A stretch of DNA of 64,000 bases from a virus, in the IMG/VR virus record IMGVR_UViG_3300031857_000124, positions 4,496 to 68,495 of that record. One strand, 5' to 3'. How positions within the stretch are numbered: the stretch's first letter is position 1; each line of letters opens with the position of its first letter. Under the pieces are notes generated by a model. It was not told the DNA's origin and searched no databases. It saw nothing but the letters and a program-made list of their open reading frames with translations. Below, one piece after another: positions 41,050 to 49,850 of this stretch. The position numbers and the translations under genes were made by a program.

Positions 41050-41555
41050 ACGATGATCTTGATTTTGCTGACGTGATCCATTATTGGATACCCCATATTG
41101 GTCAGGATTTCAAACACCTGATCGGCAACAGCCCGAAAAGCTTTTTCGACACTGTACTTCTTCACAAAGGTTTTGTTCTCCACATGACCGATGGTGCAGT
41201 ACGCTTTCTTGTACTTGAATTTGTCCCCGAGTTTTTGTTGCGAGAACTTGGGGTACAGTTTTCTCATGGACCATATTGCAATGTGACGAGCCCTGACGTA
41301 ATTCGCCTCATTGGTTTTTCCATCGGTGATGTCTTCCTGCGGAATAAGGGTCACCAGACTGACTGCTGATAGCACGTCTGCCCATACGTTCATTGCCGGG
41401 ATCTTTGATACGTCCTCGATTCTTTTCTGCACGATGTCGATCTGTTTGTATATCTCGAATTCGTACTCGGACTTTGCGATCTTCGCAAGGTCTGTCAACA
41501 TTTCCATTCTGTGGTTGGGATGGCAGAAGGCCACCATTCTTTCGATCTCTCTCAT
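41046..41555 (-). CDS. DnaA domain IV-like HTH protein (paralog 1)
   Basis: RARHIAIWSMRK..FSQQKLG..F..YCTIGH resembles the DnaA C-terminal domain. Confidence 0.6.
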   Translation of the reverse strand: MREIERMVAFCHPNHRMEMLTDLAKIAKSEYEFEIYKQIDIVQKRIEDVSKIPAMNVWADVLSAVSLVTLIPQEDITDGKTNEANYVRARHIAIWSMRKLYPKFSQQKLGDKFKYKKAYCTIGHVENKTFVKKYSVEKAFRAVADQVFEILTNMGYPIMDHVSKIKIIV

Positions 41556-41556
41556 C

Positions 41557-41805
41557 TTATTCGATTGTTTTGTTGATTACCATTGATTTTGGAACCACGA
41601 TCCCATTGGACAGCATAAGCTCCCCGCGCATAGGGTAGGCTCTCCACACGGACAGCGTGTCTTTGTAGATCACGACTCTTTTGCCAACAAGAGGCTCCAT
41701 GAATTCTCGTTCTGTCTTGATGCCATTTGAGATGTGATGGCAGATGAATATGACCCCTGCGAATATCATTCCGATTGTCAAAAATGCGATAAGTTTGAGT
41801 TTCAT
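41557..41805 (-). CDS. Small membrane-anchored protein
   Basis: N-terminal TM segment. Confidence 0.55.
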   Translation of the reverse strand: MKLKLIAFLTIGMIFAGVIFICHHISNGIKTEREFMEPLVGKRVVIYKDTLSVWRAYPMRGELMLSNGIVVPKSMVINKTIE

Positions 41806-41816
41806 ATTTGTGTGTT

Positions 41817-42077
41817 TTAATTTTCCATTTCAATCCAGTTCACCCGGTCCTTCTTAAGGCATTCGAGGATCGTGTTTCTCAGGCTGCGGGCGTTCGCTTC
41901 TCCCATGATTGCGACATCACTTGGATGCAGAAGAATGTCGTCTACGACCGTCCCGTTCATTTGCCTGAGAAGCTCGAAGTCCCACTCACACTTTTCTTCT
42001 ATGCCGTCAAAGCAAGCTATAACCTTGCCCTTGTGGTAGTCAGCCTTTTTGTAGGCTCTTTTATTCAGTTGTATCAT
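41817..42077 (-). CDS. Hypothetical protein
   Basis: ORF tiled within the operon. Confidence 0.55.
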   Translation of the reverse strand: MIQLNKRAYKKADYHKGKVIACFDGIEEKCEWDFELLRQMNGTVVDDILLHPSDVAIMGEANARSLRNTILECLKKDRVNWIEMEN

Positions 42078-42080
42078 GTG

Positions 42081-42590
42081 TTAAATTATGATGTGCATTT
42101 TATTTACGTGAATAAGTATTGAGTAGCCCTTGGACTCAAGTATTTCGCAGGCCTGTAGCATGAGCGTTCTGAAGGATTTCTCTGTAGCGTAGAGGCTTGG
42201 CACGGACTTGTTCTCAACATGGCTGACGGTGCAGTGCTTTCGTGGGTGGTCAAACATATTCCCCAAGTTGGTCTGCGAGAAGTGCGGGGCCAGCTTCCTC
42301 ATAATCCAAATCGCGATGTGTCTTGGCCTTGCGTACTCCCTCTCGCGAGAGTGTGCCGACGTGATTAGATCCACAGGGACAAAGGTCACCTCACTGACCG
42401 CAGACAGTATGTCGTTCCACACGTCTTTGGGGGACATGGATTCGGGGGGCGTCGGGGCCTGTTGATCAGCATTAATCTGCCGATAAATTTCAAACTCAAA
42501 TTCGGGCTTGGCAACTTTCGCAAGTGTTGCCAGCATCTCGGCCCTGTGCGGGTATCGGCAAAAGGCTACTAAAGTTTCAATCTCGTTCAT
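42081..42590 (-). CDS. DnaA domain IV-like HTH protein (paralog 2)
   Basis: SREREYARPRHIAIWIMRK..FSQTNLG..F..RKHCTVSH, aligns end to end with 41046-41555. Confidence 0.65.
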   Translation of the reverse strand: MNEIETLVAFCRYPHRAEMLATLAKVAKPEFEFEIYRQINADQQAPTPPESMSPKDVWNDILSAVSEVTFVPVDLITSAHSREREYARPRHIAIWIMRKLAPHFSQTNLGNMFDHPRKHCTVSHVENKSVPSLYATEKSFRTLMLQACEILESKGYSILIHVNKMHIII

Positions 42591-42689
42591 TTTTTTAGTG
42601 TTTAAAGTGTTTGTTTTTTAGGGTTGTACATTGCTGCGTAACGTTATGACTTTACAATTTTGTTTGTTTTGTCAAGGTTTTACTTGACT

Positions 42690-42793
42690 TGGTTACCGGG
42701 ACAGGATTCGAACCTGTATGATAAGTAACTTTAAGACCCTGTTGTAAACTTATCTCATCTTGGGTCAGCGTCTACCAATTCCGCCACCCGGTA
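42690..42793 (-). ncRNA. tRNA-like RNA (Leu-type body, aberrant anticodon arm)
   Basis: Acceptor TACCGGG/CCCGGTA plus A-CCA, D arm GCGGAATTGGTAGACGC, T arm ACAGG-TTCGAAT-CCTGT. No 7-nt anticodon loop. Confidence 0.8.
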
Positions 42794-42872
42794 AAATCAA
42801 CCCAGACCAACAACGGAAGCAAGAGTGTTCAAGCCGCCTCTCGACTTATATTGTTGCGGTCCGGGTCGAGAA

Positions 42873-43025
42873 TTAAATTTTGTACAACTCGTCTCCCGTT
42901 TCTTCGTAGAGCTTACTCATCAGTTGTCTCATTTTGGCGCTGTCTTCTATTGACGGACGAATCGACCTTCTTGCAGTCAACACAAACAGTTGCCGATGCA
43001 TTTCTCTTACCTCTTCTGATGCCAT
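42873..43025 (-). CDS. Small hypothetical protein
   Basis: ATG preceded by the A-rich sequence CAAAACAA. Confidence 0.5.
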   Translation of the reverse strand: MASEEVREMHRQLFVLTARRSIRPSIEDSAKMRQLMSKLYEETGDELYKI

Positions 43026-43036
43026 TTGTTTTGTAA

Positions 43037-43228
43037 TTAAGGTTTCAAGTACTTCCAGGTCCCCGCAACGGCCGGAATCATCAGTACATAAATCGCGATC
43101 TTCATCGCTCCATCGGAGAGTTCGGCGAAAGAAAGGAAGAGGATTATCACCACTATACAGCAAAGTATGGTGAACATCCCCCTCCCAGCTTCCTTCATTC
43201 CTCTCCCGAAATCGTCAAGGTACGACAT
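43037..43228 (-). CDS. Small two-TM membrane protein
   Basis: Hydrophobic ORF downstream of a minus-strand TATATTTG near 43270. Confidence 0.55.
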   Translation of the reverse strand: MSYLDDFGRGMKEAGRGMFTILCCIVVIILFLSFAELSDGAMKIAIYVLMIPAVAGTWKYLKP

Positions 43229-43390
43229 GGGTTTGATCTTTAATTCTAGATGTCTTGCAATTTTTTGCAAATATAAATCTATATGCGTTGTTTGTGCAAA
43301 TTATTTAACATTTAATGTTAAGAACTCCTAGATAATTTTCGGATCAATTCAAAAAAAATATAGGTTTTTTCGGTTTTTGTTTTACATTTG

Positions 43391-43492
43391 CTGCGTTCTC
43401 ACATTGCAGTGTTTGACGGCAGTGCAATGCGGGATGTAAGATCAAAATCTTACCCTGAAATGCCCTTGGTCCGTCAAACAAGGGCTTTTTTT
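43391..43492 (+). promoter_or_regulatory. Structured leader/attenuator with loop-loop complementarity
   Basis: Promoter element TACATTTG at 43383. Hairpin loop TTTGACGG is complementary to terminator loop CCGTCAAA. Confidence 0.7.
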
Positions 43493-44212
43493 ATGCCTAA
43501 GCGCACAGAAATATCAAGTATAATCTCAAGCGACACACTGTTTTCGAACGTAGAAAACATAAAGTGGCTTGAGAGGTTCGTTGAGTTCAAGCGGGCATTC
43601 CCAAACTCCGTGATATATAAATACTCTGCCTACCGAGTTGAAAAACTTGGGAGGTTAAAAATGTCACGTAACACAATCAAGAACACGATAGACAAGTTCA
43701 TCGAGCTTGGTTGGGCAACAAAGAATAAATCTCACCTCATTTTAATATCTAAAAACAAATTGTCTGCGCTCTATGGGGCAAAATCTCATAGAAAAATCAA
43801 ATTAGACACAACCCTATCCGTTAAGATTCAATTACAAGCAAAGGTGTTTAGCAGAGCCATCAATCGCTCTCGCTATGGTAAGTGCATGCAGGAAGTACAA
43901 GGTAAAAGCATCAGGCGTAAATACGCTAAATCACTCAGTGGCACTCCGCAGGAACTTTCTAGCAAAAAGATTGGGAAAATTTTTAACTCATCACAAACTC
44001 AAGCTCTAAGGGTGGTAAGAAGTCTGGAGAACAATGGGTGGATCACTGTACAACGGCAAAAACTCAAACATTTGGGTAAGTGTTCAGCCAAGCAGTGGCA
44101 GTTCAGAAAGGCGTGGTGGAACAAGAAGGAAAGTGTCGACAACTGCTTTTGGCATTTGGGGCATTTCTTCCATCTTCCATCTAATTCTTACCTCATGAAT
44201 AGCATACCCTAA
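43493..44212 (+). CDS. Basic tandem winged-helix DNA-binding protein
   Basis: Two HTH-like segments (MSRNTIKNTIDKFIELGW and SSQTQALRVVRSLENNGWI). Confidence 0.6.
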   Translation: MPKRTEISSIISSDTLFSNVENIKWLERFVEFKRAFPNSVIYKYSAYRVEKLGRLKMSRNTIKNTIDKFIELGWATKNKSHLILISKNKLSALYGAKSHRKIKLDTTLSVKIQLQAKVFSRAINRSRYGKCMQEVQGKSIRRKYAKSLSGTPQELSSKKIGKIFNSSQTQALRVVRSLENNGWITVQRQKLKHLGKCSAKQWQFRKAWWNKKESVDNCFWHLGHFFHLPSNSYLMNSIP

Positions 44213-44262
44213 AGATGCTAGAATTCCTAACCATTTTTTGACCAAGCAAAAAAAATCATCAA

Positions 44263-44862
44263 TCAAATAAGGCTCATTTTACTGAGGTAATCACACTCCT
44301 CATTCATTTCCCTTGGAATCCATTCTATTTCAATGTTTGAGAACGCCCCAAACATTTTCTTACACTCTAAGCCGTAGGGCAGGTACAGTCCGTTTGCCCC
44401 GAACCCCCACACCCCATTCATTTGATTGACAACTAGGCTGGAGTCCCCCCTGACAAGTATGTTGTGGTCAGAGAAACTGTTATCCATAAGCCAGCACAGG
44501 GCATCGTAGAGGGCTATGTACTCTGCTGTGTTGGCTGAGTTTTTTGTGCTGGCCTGCTGTCTTCCTGAGGATTGGTGTATCCACCTCCCCCCTTGTTCGA
44601 CATAAAACCCCCACCCCATCTGCCCGTATGGGTTGACTGGTTCGCAGCATCCGTCAAAGTACACTATTAGGTCGCGATTAAAGTGTTTAAACGTCTCCGA
44701 CTCTACCTCCGCCCAGTAGCGCTCGTAGTAGGCGGATACGGCAGGGTACTGACCCCCCTCCCACGTTTCTTTAATCCACCATGCGGGGGTGTCTATCATT
44801 CTTTTACCCTTGTGTACCCCGAACGGGAAGGTGTCGCTGTGTTTTGCATTTTTGTTAGTCAT
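44263..44862 (-). CDS. rnhA: RNase H1-like protein with N-terminal FPFGxHKG domain
   Basis: VYFDG, NTAEYIAL, RGDSSLVVNQ and WIPREMNEECD motifs. Confidence 0.85.
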   Translation of the reverse strand: MTNKNAKHSDTFPFGVHKGKRMIDTPAWWIKETWEGGQYPAVSAYYERYWAEVESETFKHFNRDLIVYFDGCCEPVNPYGQMGWGFYVEQGGRWIHQSSGRQQASTKNSANTAEYIALYDALCWLMDNSFSDHNILVRGDSSLVVNQMNGVWGFGANGLYLPYGLECKKMFGAFSNIEIEWIPREMNEECDYLSKMSLI

Positions 44863-45293
44863 AGTAACTCAAGTTGTTCGTTTGGATCGGGTATGTAGAT
44901 GTCCAGGGTCTCAGCGGCAAACTGCTTGACCTGCTCAAGGTAGTCCATGAACTCCGAGGTTGTTAGGTCCCTTGTTTTTTTAGGGATCTTCATAACCTCT
45001 CCGGTCTTTTCGTCATTCAGTTCATTGAACAGGAATCGGGACTTGAGGAACTCGTGGGTCATTTCCTTGTCCACATCGTGTCCGAATTCCCTGAGTCTGT
45101 CACAGATCATTTGAACGCACACCCCGAAGTAGTACGCGTTGTGGAACACGGACCTGTACCTTCTCTTTGGCCTGACCTCGACCTCGACCTCGTACTCCTT
45201 GTCCCTTGACAGGGACCTCAGGTACTCGTCAAACAGGGCTCTGTTCTTAACCCTGAGTGTTCCGTCTGGATTCACTATTGCGTTGAATTTCAT
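44859..45293 (-). CDS. NinB-like recombination protein
   Basis: RSVFHNAYYFG, HEFLK and TRDLTTSEFMDYLE motifs. Confidence 0.65.
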   Translation of the reverse strand: MKFNAIVNPDGTLRVKNRALFDEYLRSLSRDKEYEVEVEVRPKRRYRSVFHNAYYFGVCVQMICDRLREFGHDVDKEMTHEFLKSRFLFNELNDEKTGEVMKIPKKTRDLTTSEFMDYLEQVKQFAAETLDIYIPDPNEQLELL

Positions 45294-45517
45294 TTGACCC
45301 TCCACACTCTAAAGCCCCCGTCACACAGGGCTGATTTAAACTTCTTTTTTTCAGACTTGGTGTGGTAGAGTGCAAGGGCCATTGTTGATGCCCTGCGGCT
45401 TGATGAATTAAACTCATCACACTCAACGAAGAAGGAATCTCCGACCTCCATCTTGTCAAACGGGTACTTTGTTTCTTTCTTCTTCCTTTCAAAAGGCACG
45501 TTTTTTTCGATGTCCAT
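45290..45517 (-). CDS. Small conserved phage protein
   Basis: IEKNVP..KYPFDKMEVGDSF..RVWRV motif. Confidence 0.65.
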   Translation of the reverse strand: MDIEKNVPFERKKKETKYPFDKMEVGDSFFVECDEFNSSSRRASTMALALYHTKSEKKKFKSALCDGGFRVWRVK

Positions 45518-45536
45518 AGTTGTTGTTTTTTTGTTG

Positions 45537-46541
45537 TTAGTCTTCTGTTTCTTCTTCTGTAACACCCACCCTCTTAGCGGTTTCTACAAGGCTCATGAAG
45601 TCGTAGCCGGCATTCTCAATCTCCTTACGCACCTCCTCGTTCTTAGCGGTAATCTTATCACCCTTTGCGTAGCGGGCGATGACCCGTGACCAACGTGCTA
45701 CCTGAGACTTGACTGAGTCAGAGTAGTCGCGTGGCTCTTCGAAGTCGTACAGGAACTTGAGGTAGTTTGAATACTCGATGCCGAAGTTCTTCTTGAACTT
45801 GCCATCCTCGAACACAATCGGTTTCTCAAGCGGAGGGCGAGTATTGGACGTGTAGTAGTGCGATATGGCGGCAAGGTCTGCTAGGTACTCCTGCTCAAGT
45901 TCTTCGGTCGGCTCGTAGTCAAAGCACATCATGCGGAGGTCATCCTTGCAGATGTACACGAGTTCGCCGTTGAGGTTAAGTCCCTTCATGTAGTGGAATA
46001 GCTGAAGGCGGTGGTGCTTAATAGGCTTCTCGGTCTTCTCCATCATATCCATGACAAAGGATGAGCAAGACTTGATTTCAAGCACCTTGGTCTCTAGTTC
46101 CATATCCCCGAACCTTTCATACAGTTTCTCTGCGATGTACAGGGAGGATGCTTGGATGGATTCGGGAAGGTGTGACGAGGTGATGTCCTGCTTGGCACGT
46201 TCAAGGTCTATCTTACCACCGGCTAGGAAGTCAAGGCGACCCGATACGCGCAGTTTATTCGGGTATTCGACCATTACCCTCTCCTGAGTCTCTTGGATCA
46301 ATCCTGCGCGTTCTAAAACGTATCGCACCACCCACTCGACAAGGTTACCCGCCTCGAACTTGCGGAGGCTTCTCATGTTGGGGGGGTTGGTTGGTGTAAC
46401 GGCTCTCATCTTCAGATATCGATCGACAAGGGGCTGTCCGATTTCCGATGCGTAGCAGTAGTCACGTTCTTCGAGTGGTCTTTGTACTGAGTATACGCAC
46501 TCGTTCCATAAACTCGCTAAATTCCACGTTTGTTTATTCAT
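45537..46541 (-). CDS. PD-(D/E)xK exonuclease (Cas4/lambda-exonuclease-like)
   Basis: YASEIG, GRLDF, LEIKS and QLFHY motifs. Confidence 0.7.
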   Translation of the reverse strand: MNKQTWNLASLWNECVYSVQRPLEERDYCYASEIGQPLVDRYLKMRAVTPTNPPNMRSLRKFEAGNLVEWVVRYVLERAGLIQETQERVMVEYPNKLRVSGRLDFLAGGKIDLERAKQDITSSHLPESIQASSLYIAEKLYERFGDMELETKVLEIKSCSSFVMDMMEKTEKPIKHHRLQLFHYMKGLNLNGELVYICKDDLRMMCFDYEPTEELEQEYLADLAAISHYYTSNTRPPLEKPIVFEDGKFKKNFGIEYSNYLKFLYDFEEPRDYSDSVKSQVARWSRVIARYAKGDKITAKNEEVRKEIENAGYDFMSLVETAKRVGVTEEETED

Positions 46542-46552
46542 TGTGTTTTGTT

Positions 46553-46768
46553 TTATGTTAGTATGATTACTACGTTCCCTTTTTTCATGTGGAAGTAGCC
46601 GCTGTTGTCTACTTCTACGGTGTATTCATCGGCATTGCACCGCTGTGATATTGGCGGTTGAAACTTGCCCTGAAGGACCACCTTGTCGTCCCACACGCTG
46701 ATGTTGTAGAACGCACTCTCACCGAACAGGTCTAGGAGGTCGTTCGCAATTTTTAAGTTAGCTTTCAT
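46553..46768 (-). CDS. Small hypothetical protein
   Basis: Tiled early-region ORF. Confidence 0.55.
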   Translation of the reverse strand: MKANLKIANDLLDLFGESAFYNISVWDDKVVLQGKFQPPISQRCNADEYTVEVDNSGYFHMKKGNVVIILT

Positions 46769-46952
46769 TTCGTTGGATGTTAAAGAAGATTGTTTTGATT
46801 TCGTTTGGTATGTTCTTAAGCAGTCGACCGCTCGGTATGTAGCTCGGGGAAACCCTCCCGATGTACTTGACGTTCTTGCCTACGATTGCATATAGATCAC
46901 GAGAGTGCTTCACGATTTCATAGCCGTCCTTGGTCTTGTATACCCTGCTCAT
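46758..46952 (-). CDS. Small hypothetical protein
   Basis: Tiled early-region ORF. Confidence 0.55.
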   Translation of the reverse strand: MSRVYKTKDGYEIVKHSRDLYAIVGKNVKYIGRVSPSYIPSGRLLKNIPNEIKTIFFNIQRNES

Positions 46953-47001
46953 TGCATTAACAGAATTAGTTGTACGTATTATTATTTCTACTAAATAGAT
47001 A

Positions 47002-47307
47002 CTAATTAGTGTCTATTAGCACCTCCTCCAACGCCGCCCTGAGGTCATCCTCCTGCTCGTCGGTGAGTAGTTTCCTGAACAGTTCTATGGCTATGTACCA
47101 CACGTTATCCCCCTTCTCAAAGTGCGTCCCGCAGTGGGTGCAGAGGGTGAACGGCCGGTTGGATCTAAGCCCCACGTCAACGATGGTTGCGCACCCGCAC
47201 GGGAATGATACGACATCTCTCACGGTGTATATCTTCCCCTTGATGACAGCTCCTTGGGAGTGTGTTTTGATACAAATCACATCATCCCCTGATTTAATTG
47301 CGCTCAT
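47002..47307 (-). CDS. Small Cys-rich protein
   Basis: GDDVICI SH3-like start, CGC and CTHC motifs. Confidence 0.6.
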   Translation of the reverse strand: MSAIKSGDDVICIKTHSQGAVIKGKIYTVRDVVSFPCGCATIVDVGLRSNRPFTLCTHCGTHFEKGDNVWYIAIELFRKLLTDEQEDDLRAALEEVLIDTN

Positions 47308-47357
47308 TGTTGTGGATAGATTTTGATAGTTGATACATTATGGCAAACACGATGTGT

Positions 47358-47558
47358 TCAATTATGTTCTTCATCCCCTATTGTGTTAAGTATTGATACG
47401 AAAAACTGCATTTCCTGTTCGTAGTACTCAGCGGACGAGAGGGATATGTACTCATCGGTATCTGATTTGCTGTTGGATATCCTCCTTGCGCTCTCTGCTT
47501 GGAATGCGAGGACCATGATCCGCTGTTTGATTTGCTGTATGATTTGATCTCTTTCCAT
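47358..47558 (-). CDS. Small hypothetical protein
   Basis: Tiled ORF. Confidence 0.5.
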   Translation of the reverse strand: MERDQIIQQIKQRIMVLAFQAESARRISNSKSDTDEYISLSSAEYYEQEMQFFVSILNTIGDEEHN

Positions 47559-47560
47559 GT

Positions 47561-47803
47561 TTACTGCTTTATGAATTCAATGTTGAAGTCCTGCTCTGCG
47601 GCTTTGATGTCCTCGGTGAACTCTTCCCTGTCGAAGTAGGTTAAGACCCTGAGGATTTCCTCGTTGATTGTCATGAGGGTTACGAAGTAGTAGCCGTCAT
47701 CCCTGTCATCTCTTCCCATCCAAAGCAGGGTTGGGTTGTCGTGGTGGGCTTCTTCGCACACCTCGGCGAGTTCCGGAAGGTGGTAGTTTGAGTTGTTTCT
47801 CAT
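47561..47803 (-). CDS. Small acidic protein
   Basis: Likely starts at MRNNSNY, coupled (TGATG) to a 29-aa ORF at 47803-47892. Confidence 0.55.
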   Translation of the reverse strand: MRNNSNYHLPELAEVCEEAHHDNPTLLWMGRDDRDDGYYFVTLMTINEEILRVLTYFDREEFTEDIKAAEQDFNIEFIKQ

Positions 47804-47905
47804 CAGTTTACGTTTATTAGAATTATTTCGATGCTGTGGTTTGGGTTGGAGCAGAGGATAACCTCTGTCACTTCGCATACTCTTACGTTCATTGTGTTTT
47901 TTTTT

Positions 47906-48067
47906 TTAGTCTGAACTATCTACTGACCATTGGATGTTACAGGTGTCGCAGGTGTACCTGCTGTAGCACCTGCCGAGTTGTTCGTGCTTCACGGTGTGGA
48001 GCATTGACCGGCACGACTGAACCTCTGCGGGTGTCTTGCCGTAAATGTTGATGTCAAATGTTTTCAT
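47906..48067 (-). CDS. 53-aa zinc-ribbon-like protein (not in the ORF track)
   Basis: Manual translation MKTFDINIYGKTPAEVQSCRSMLHTVKHEQLGRCYSRYTCDTCNIQWSVDSSD fills the gap. Confidence 0.6.
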   Translation of the reverse strand: MKTFDINIYGKTPAEVQSCRSMLHTVKHEQLGRCYSRYTCDTCNIQWSVDSSD

Positions 48068-48350
48068 TGTCAATGTGTGTTTGTAGGTGAATTACTGAGT
48101 TGTGGGAGAGCGTCATCCTGTGCTTGGAGAAAACTGCCTCCGACAGGATGGCAATCTTAGACCTCAGCAGGGAGGATGTTCTCTTTGACTTCTCAACGAG
48201 TCGGGGGAAGCCCATGTCTTGGTACATTACCTCGTTGTGGATAGAGTTCTCAAGTTGGTTGACCCTGTCTTTGAGCCTCTCAAGCAGTTCTACCTGATGT
48301 TCAAGGGACTCGATTGCCAGGTCAATTTGGTGTGTTGTGCTGTTCTGCAT
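48054..48350 (-). CDS. Coiled-coil hypothetical protein
   Basis: Tiled ORF. Confidence 0.5.
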   Translation of the reverse strand: MQNSTTHQIDLAIESLEHQVELLERLKDRVNQLENSIHNEVMYQDMGFPRLVEKSKRTSSLLRSKIAILSEAVFSKHRMTLSHNSVIHLQTHIDNENI

Positions 48351-48354
48351 GGCG

Positions 48355-48579
48355 TTAGTTGTTAGAGTTAATGAATGCCACTACTTTATCTCTTGTTCCG
48401 ATACTTCCAAGAGCATCGCAGCGGAAGCCGTAGGCGGTCATAACTGCTTGGATGCTTTCATCACTACCATCGGTAGTTCGTGCTGCGTTTACAGCTGCCC
48501 TGTAGTTGATTTCAGACAGGAGCAGGACGATGACCGCGACAAAGGCAATCACCGAGAGTGCGGGGAGGTGTTTTTTCAT
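48355..48579 (-). CDS. Small membrane-anchored protein
   Basis: N-terminal hydrophobic segment. Confidence 0.55.
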   Translation of the reverse strand: MKKHLPALSVIAFVAVIVLLLSEINYRAAVNAARTTDGSDESIQAVMTAYGFRCDALGSIGTRDKVVAFINSNN

Positions 48580-48583
48580 GCTG

Positions 48584-48859
48584 TTACTTTTTGTCGATTA
48601 GTATCTTGAATCCTTTGTAGATGCCGGCACGATATGACTTGCTCTCGTGCTTGAATATTTTACTGATCATGATAGAGCCTACAGAGATAAACTCGGTCTC
48701 TATCTGATCAATCACTCCGCTCAGTGTCTTGCCTGCTCTTAAGGCGTCAATCACCTCTTGCTTCGTGTGCACCACAGGGTCGTCGAAGTTGCCGGTCTTG
48801 AGCGCTTCCAAATGCCGGTCTGCGATTGCCTTTGCTTGTTTACTGATTCTGTTCTTCAT
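48584..48859 (-). CDS. Hypothetical protein
   Basis: ATG after the A-rich sequence AAACAAAATAAA. Confidence 0.55.
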   Translation of the reverse strand: MKNRISKQAKAIADRHLEALKTGNFDDPVVHTKQEVIDALRAGKTLSGVIDQIETEFISVGSIMISKIFKHESKSYRAGIYKGFKILIDKK

Positions 48860-48954
48860 TTTATTTTGTTTGTTTTGTTTCTTAGATAAAGGGAGTGCGA
48901 GCCGTTGCCGCTCCTCCCTTCTTTGCATTTACGAGCATCAGGTTGAGCACCTGA

Positions 48955-49016
48955 TAGAACAAGGGCGGGAGTCGAACCCGCCAATGAACCAAGCCGTGTG
49001 GCCGTATCACTTGTTA
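48955..49016 (-). ncRNA. Mini tRNA-like element (acceptor plus T arm)
   Basis: GCGGG-TTCGACT-CCCGC T arm and AACAAG/CTTGTT stem. Confidence 0.5.
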
Positions 49017-49471
49017 TCTTCAGCTATTCGCTGAGATATAATTCTGATGTAGTCACGCTTCTGCGTTTCCGTGCCGTGTCCTTGGGGCATGGGGAGTTCT
49101 ATCTCCCTGTCAAGGTCAATCGAGTAAATTGCCTTCTGATTGTTAAGCATCCCGAACTCTGCCGCATCCTGCACGCTATCGAAGCGGCGGGACAGGTCAA
49201 GGTACAGCTTGTTGTCACTCCACCACCCCCCGATGTACACGTCCTCCTGCTCCGCCTCAATGCCGTTCTTAGCGATGAAATTCAGGACGTGGTTAGCAAT
49301 CATCTCGCGTTGCAATTCACGTTTATAACGAATGTATGCGGAGGGCAGTTCAGGGATGTACTCATGCCCCTGCATCGAAGCCATAACGCCTGTCGTTGGT
49401 TTACCCTGAGTGAGTGAGTAAGATGCCCCGTTACCCGTAACGAGGTCGTCAATAAATGTTTGTAGGTTCAT
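49007..49471 (-). CDS. Putative SAM lyase (SAMase)-like early protein
   Basis: IGGW..KLYLDLS..AAEFG..NQKAIY pattern, with its own promoter element at 49495-49502. Confidence 0.5.
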   Translation of the reverse strand: MNLQTFIDDLVTGNGASYSLTQGKPTTGVMASMQGHEYIPELPSAYIRYKRELQREMIANHVLNFIAKNGIEAEQEDVYIGGWWSDNKLYLDLSRRFDSVQDAAEFGMLNNQKAIYSIDLDREIELPMPQGHGTETQKRDYIRIISQRIAEDNK

Positions 49472-49601
49472 TCTGTTTGTCTGTTTGTTTTGTGCAAATA
49501 TATGCAGTAAATTTAAGTTTCAAAATTTATTTTTAAAAAAAGCACACTTCATCAAGCCGTTCGTGGTTGATGCTCCCGGTTGTGAATCTCTAATTTGCTT
49601 T

Positions 49602-49832
49602 TCATACTTGTTGAGTTTTTAAGTTTGGATAAAATTGATTGAAGATCGTGTTGTACTCTTGCTCGGTGATTACCACAAAGCCATCCCACCCGTCATACAT
49701 TTTAAGCAAATCTTCGGGTGTGTTTTTTTCGGTATCGTAACAAATTACGTCACCTGTAAAGTGGTCAGTCAATTCGGCGATGTTTGGGTAAATTTCCACG
49801 GCCTGTTCGCCAACTAGAAAAAAGTGTTTCAT
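49602..49832 (-). CDS. Small acidic hypothetical protein
   Basis: First clear ORF of the leftward arm. Confidence 0.55.
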   Translation of the reverse strand: MKHFFLVGEQAVEIYPNIAELTDHFTGDVICYDTEKNTPEDLLKMYDGWDGFVVITEQEYNTIFNQFYPNLKTQQV

Positions 49833-49850
49833 GCTGTTGTGTATTAAGTT

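Noticed and set aside
42690-42793. Calling this a functional tRNA-Leu or an intron-containing tRNA
   Set aside because: There is no 7-nt anticodon loop, and the extra sequence is far too short for a bacterial self-splicing intron
45537-46541. Cas4-like nuclease as part of a CRISPR or adaptation system with TnpB
   Set aside because: It sits among recombination genes (NinB-like, RNase H), with no array or cas1/cas2
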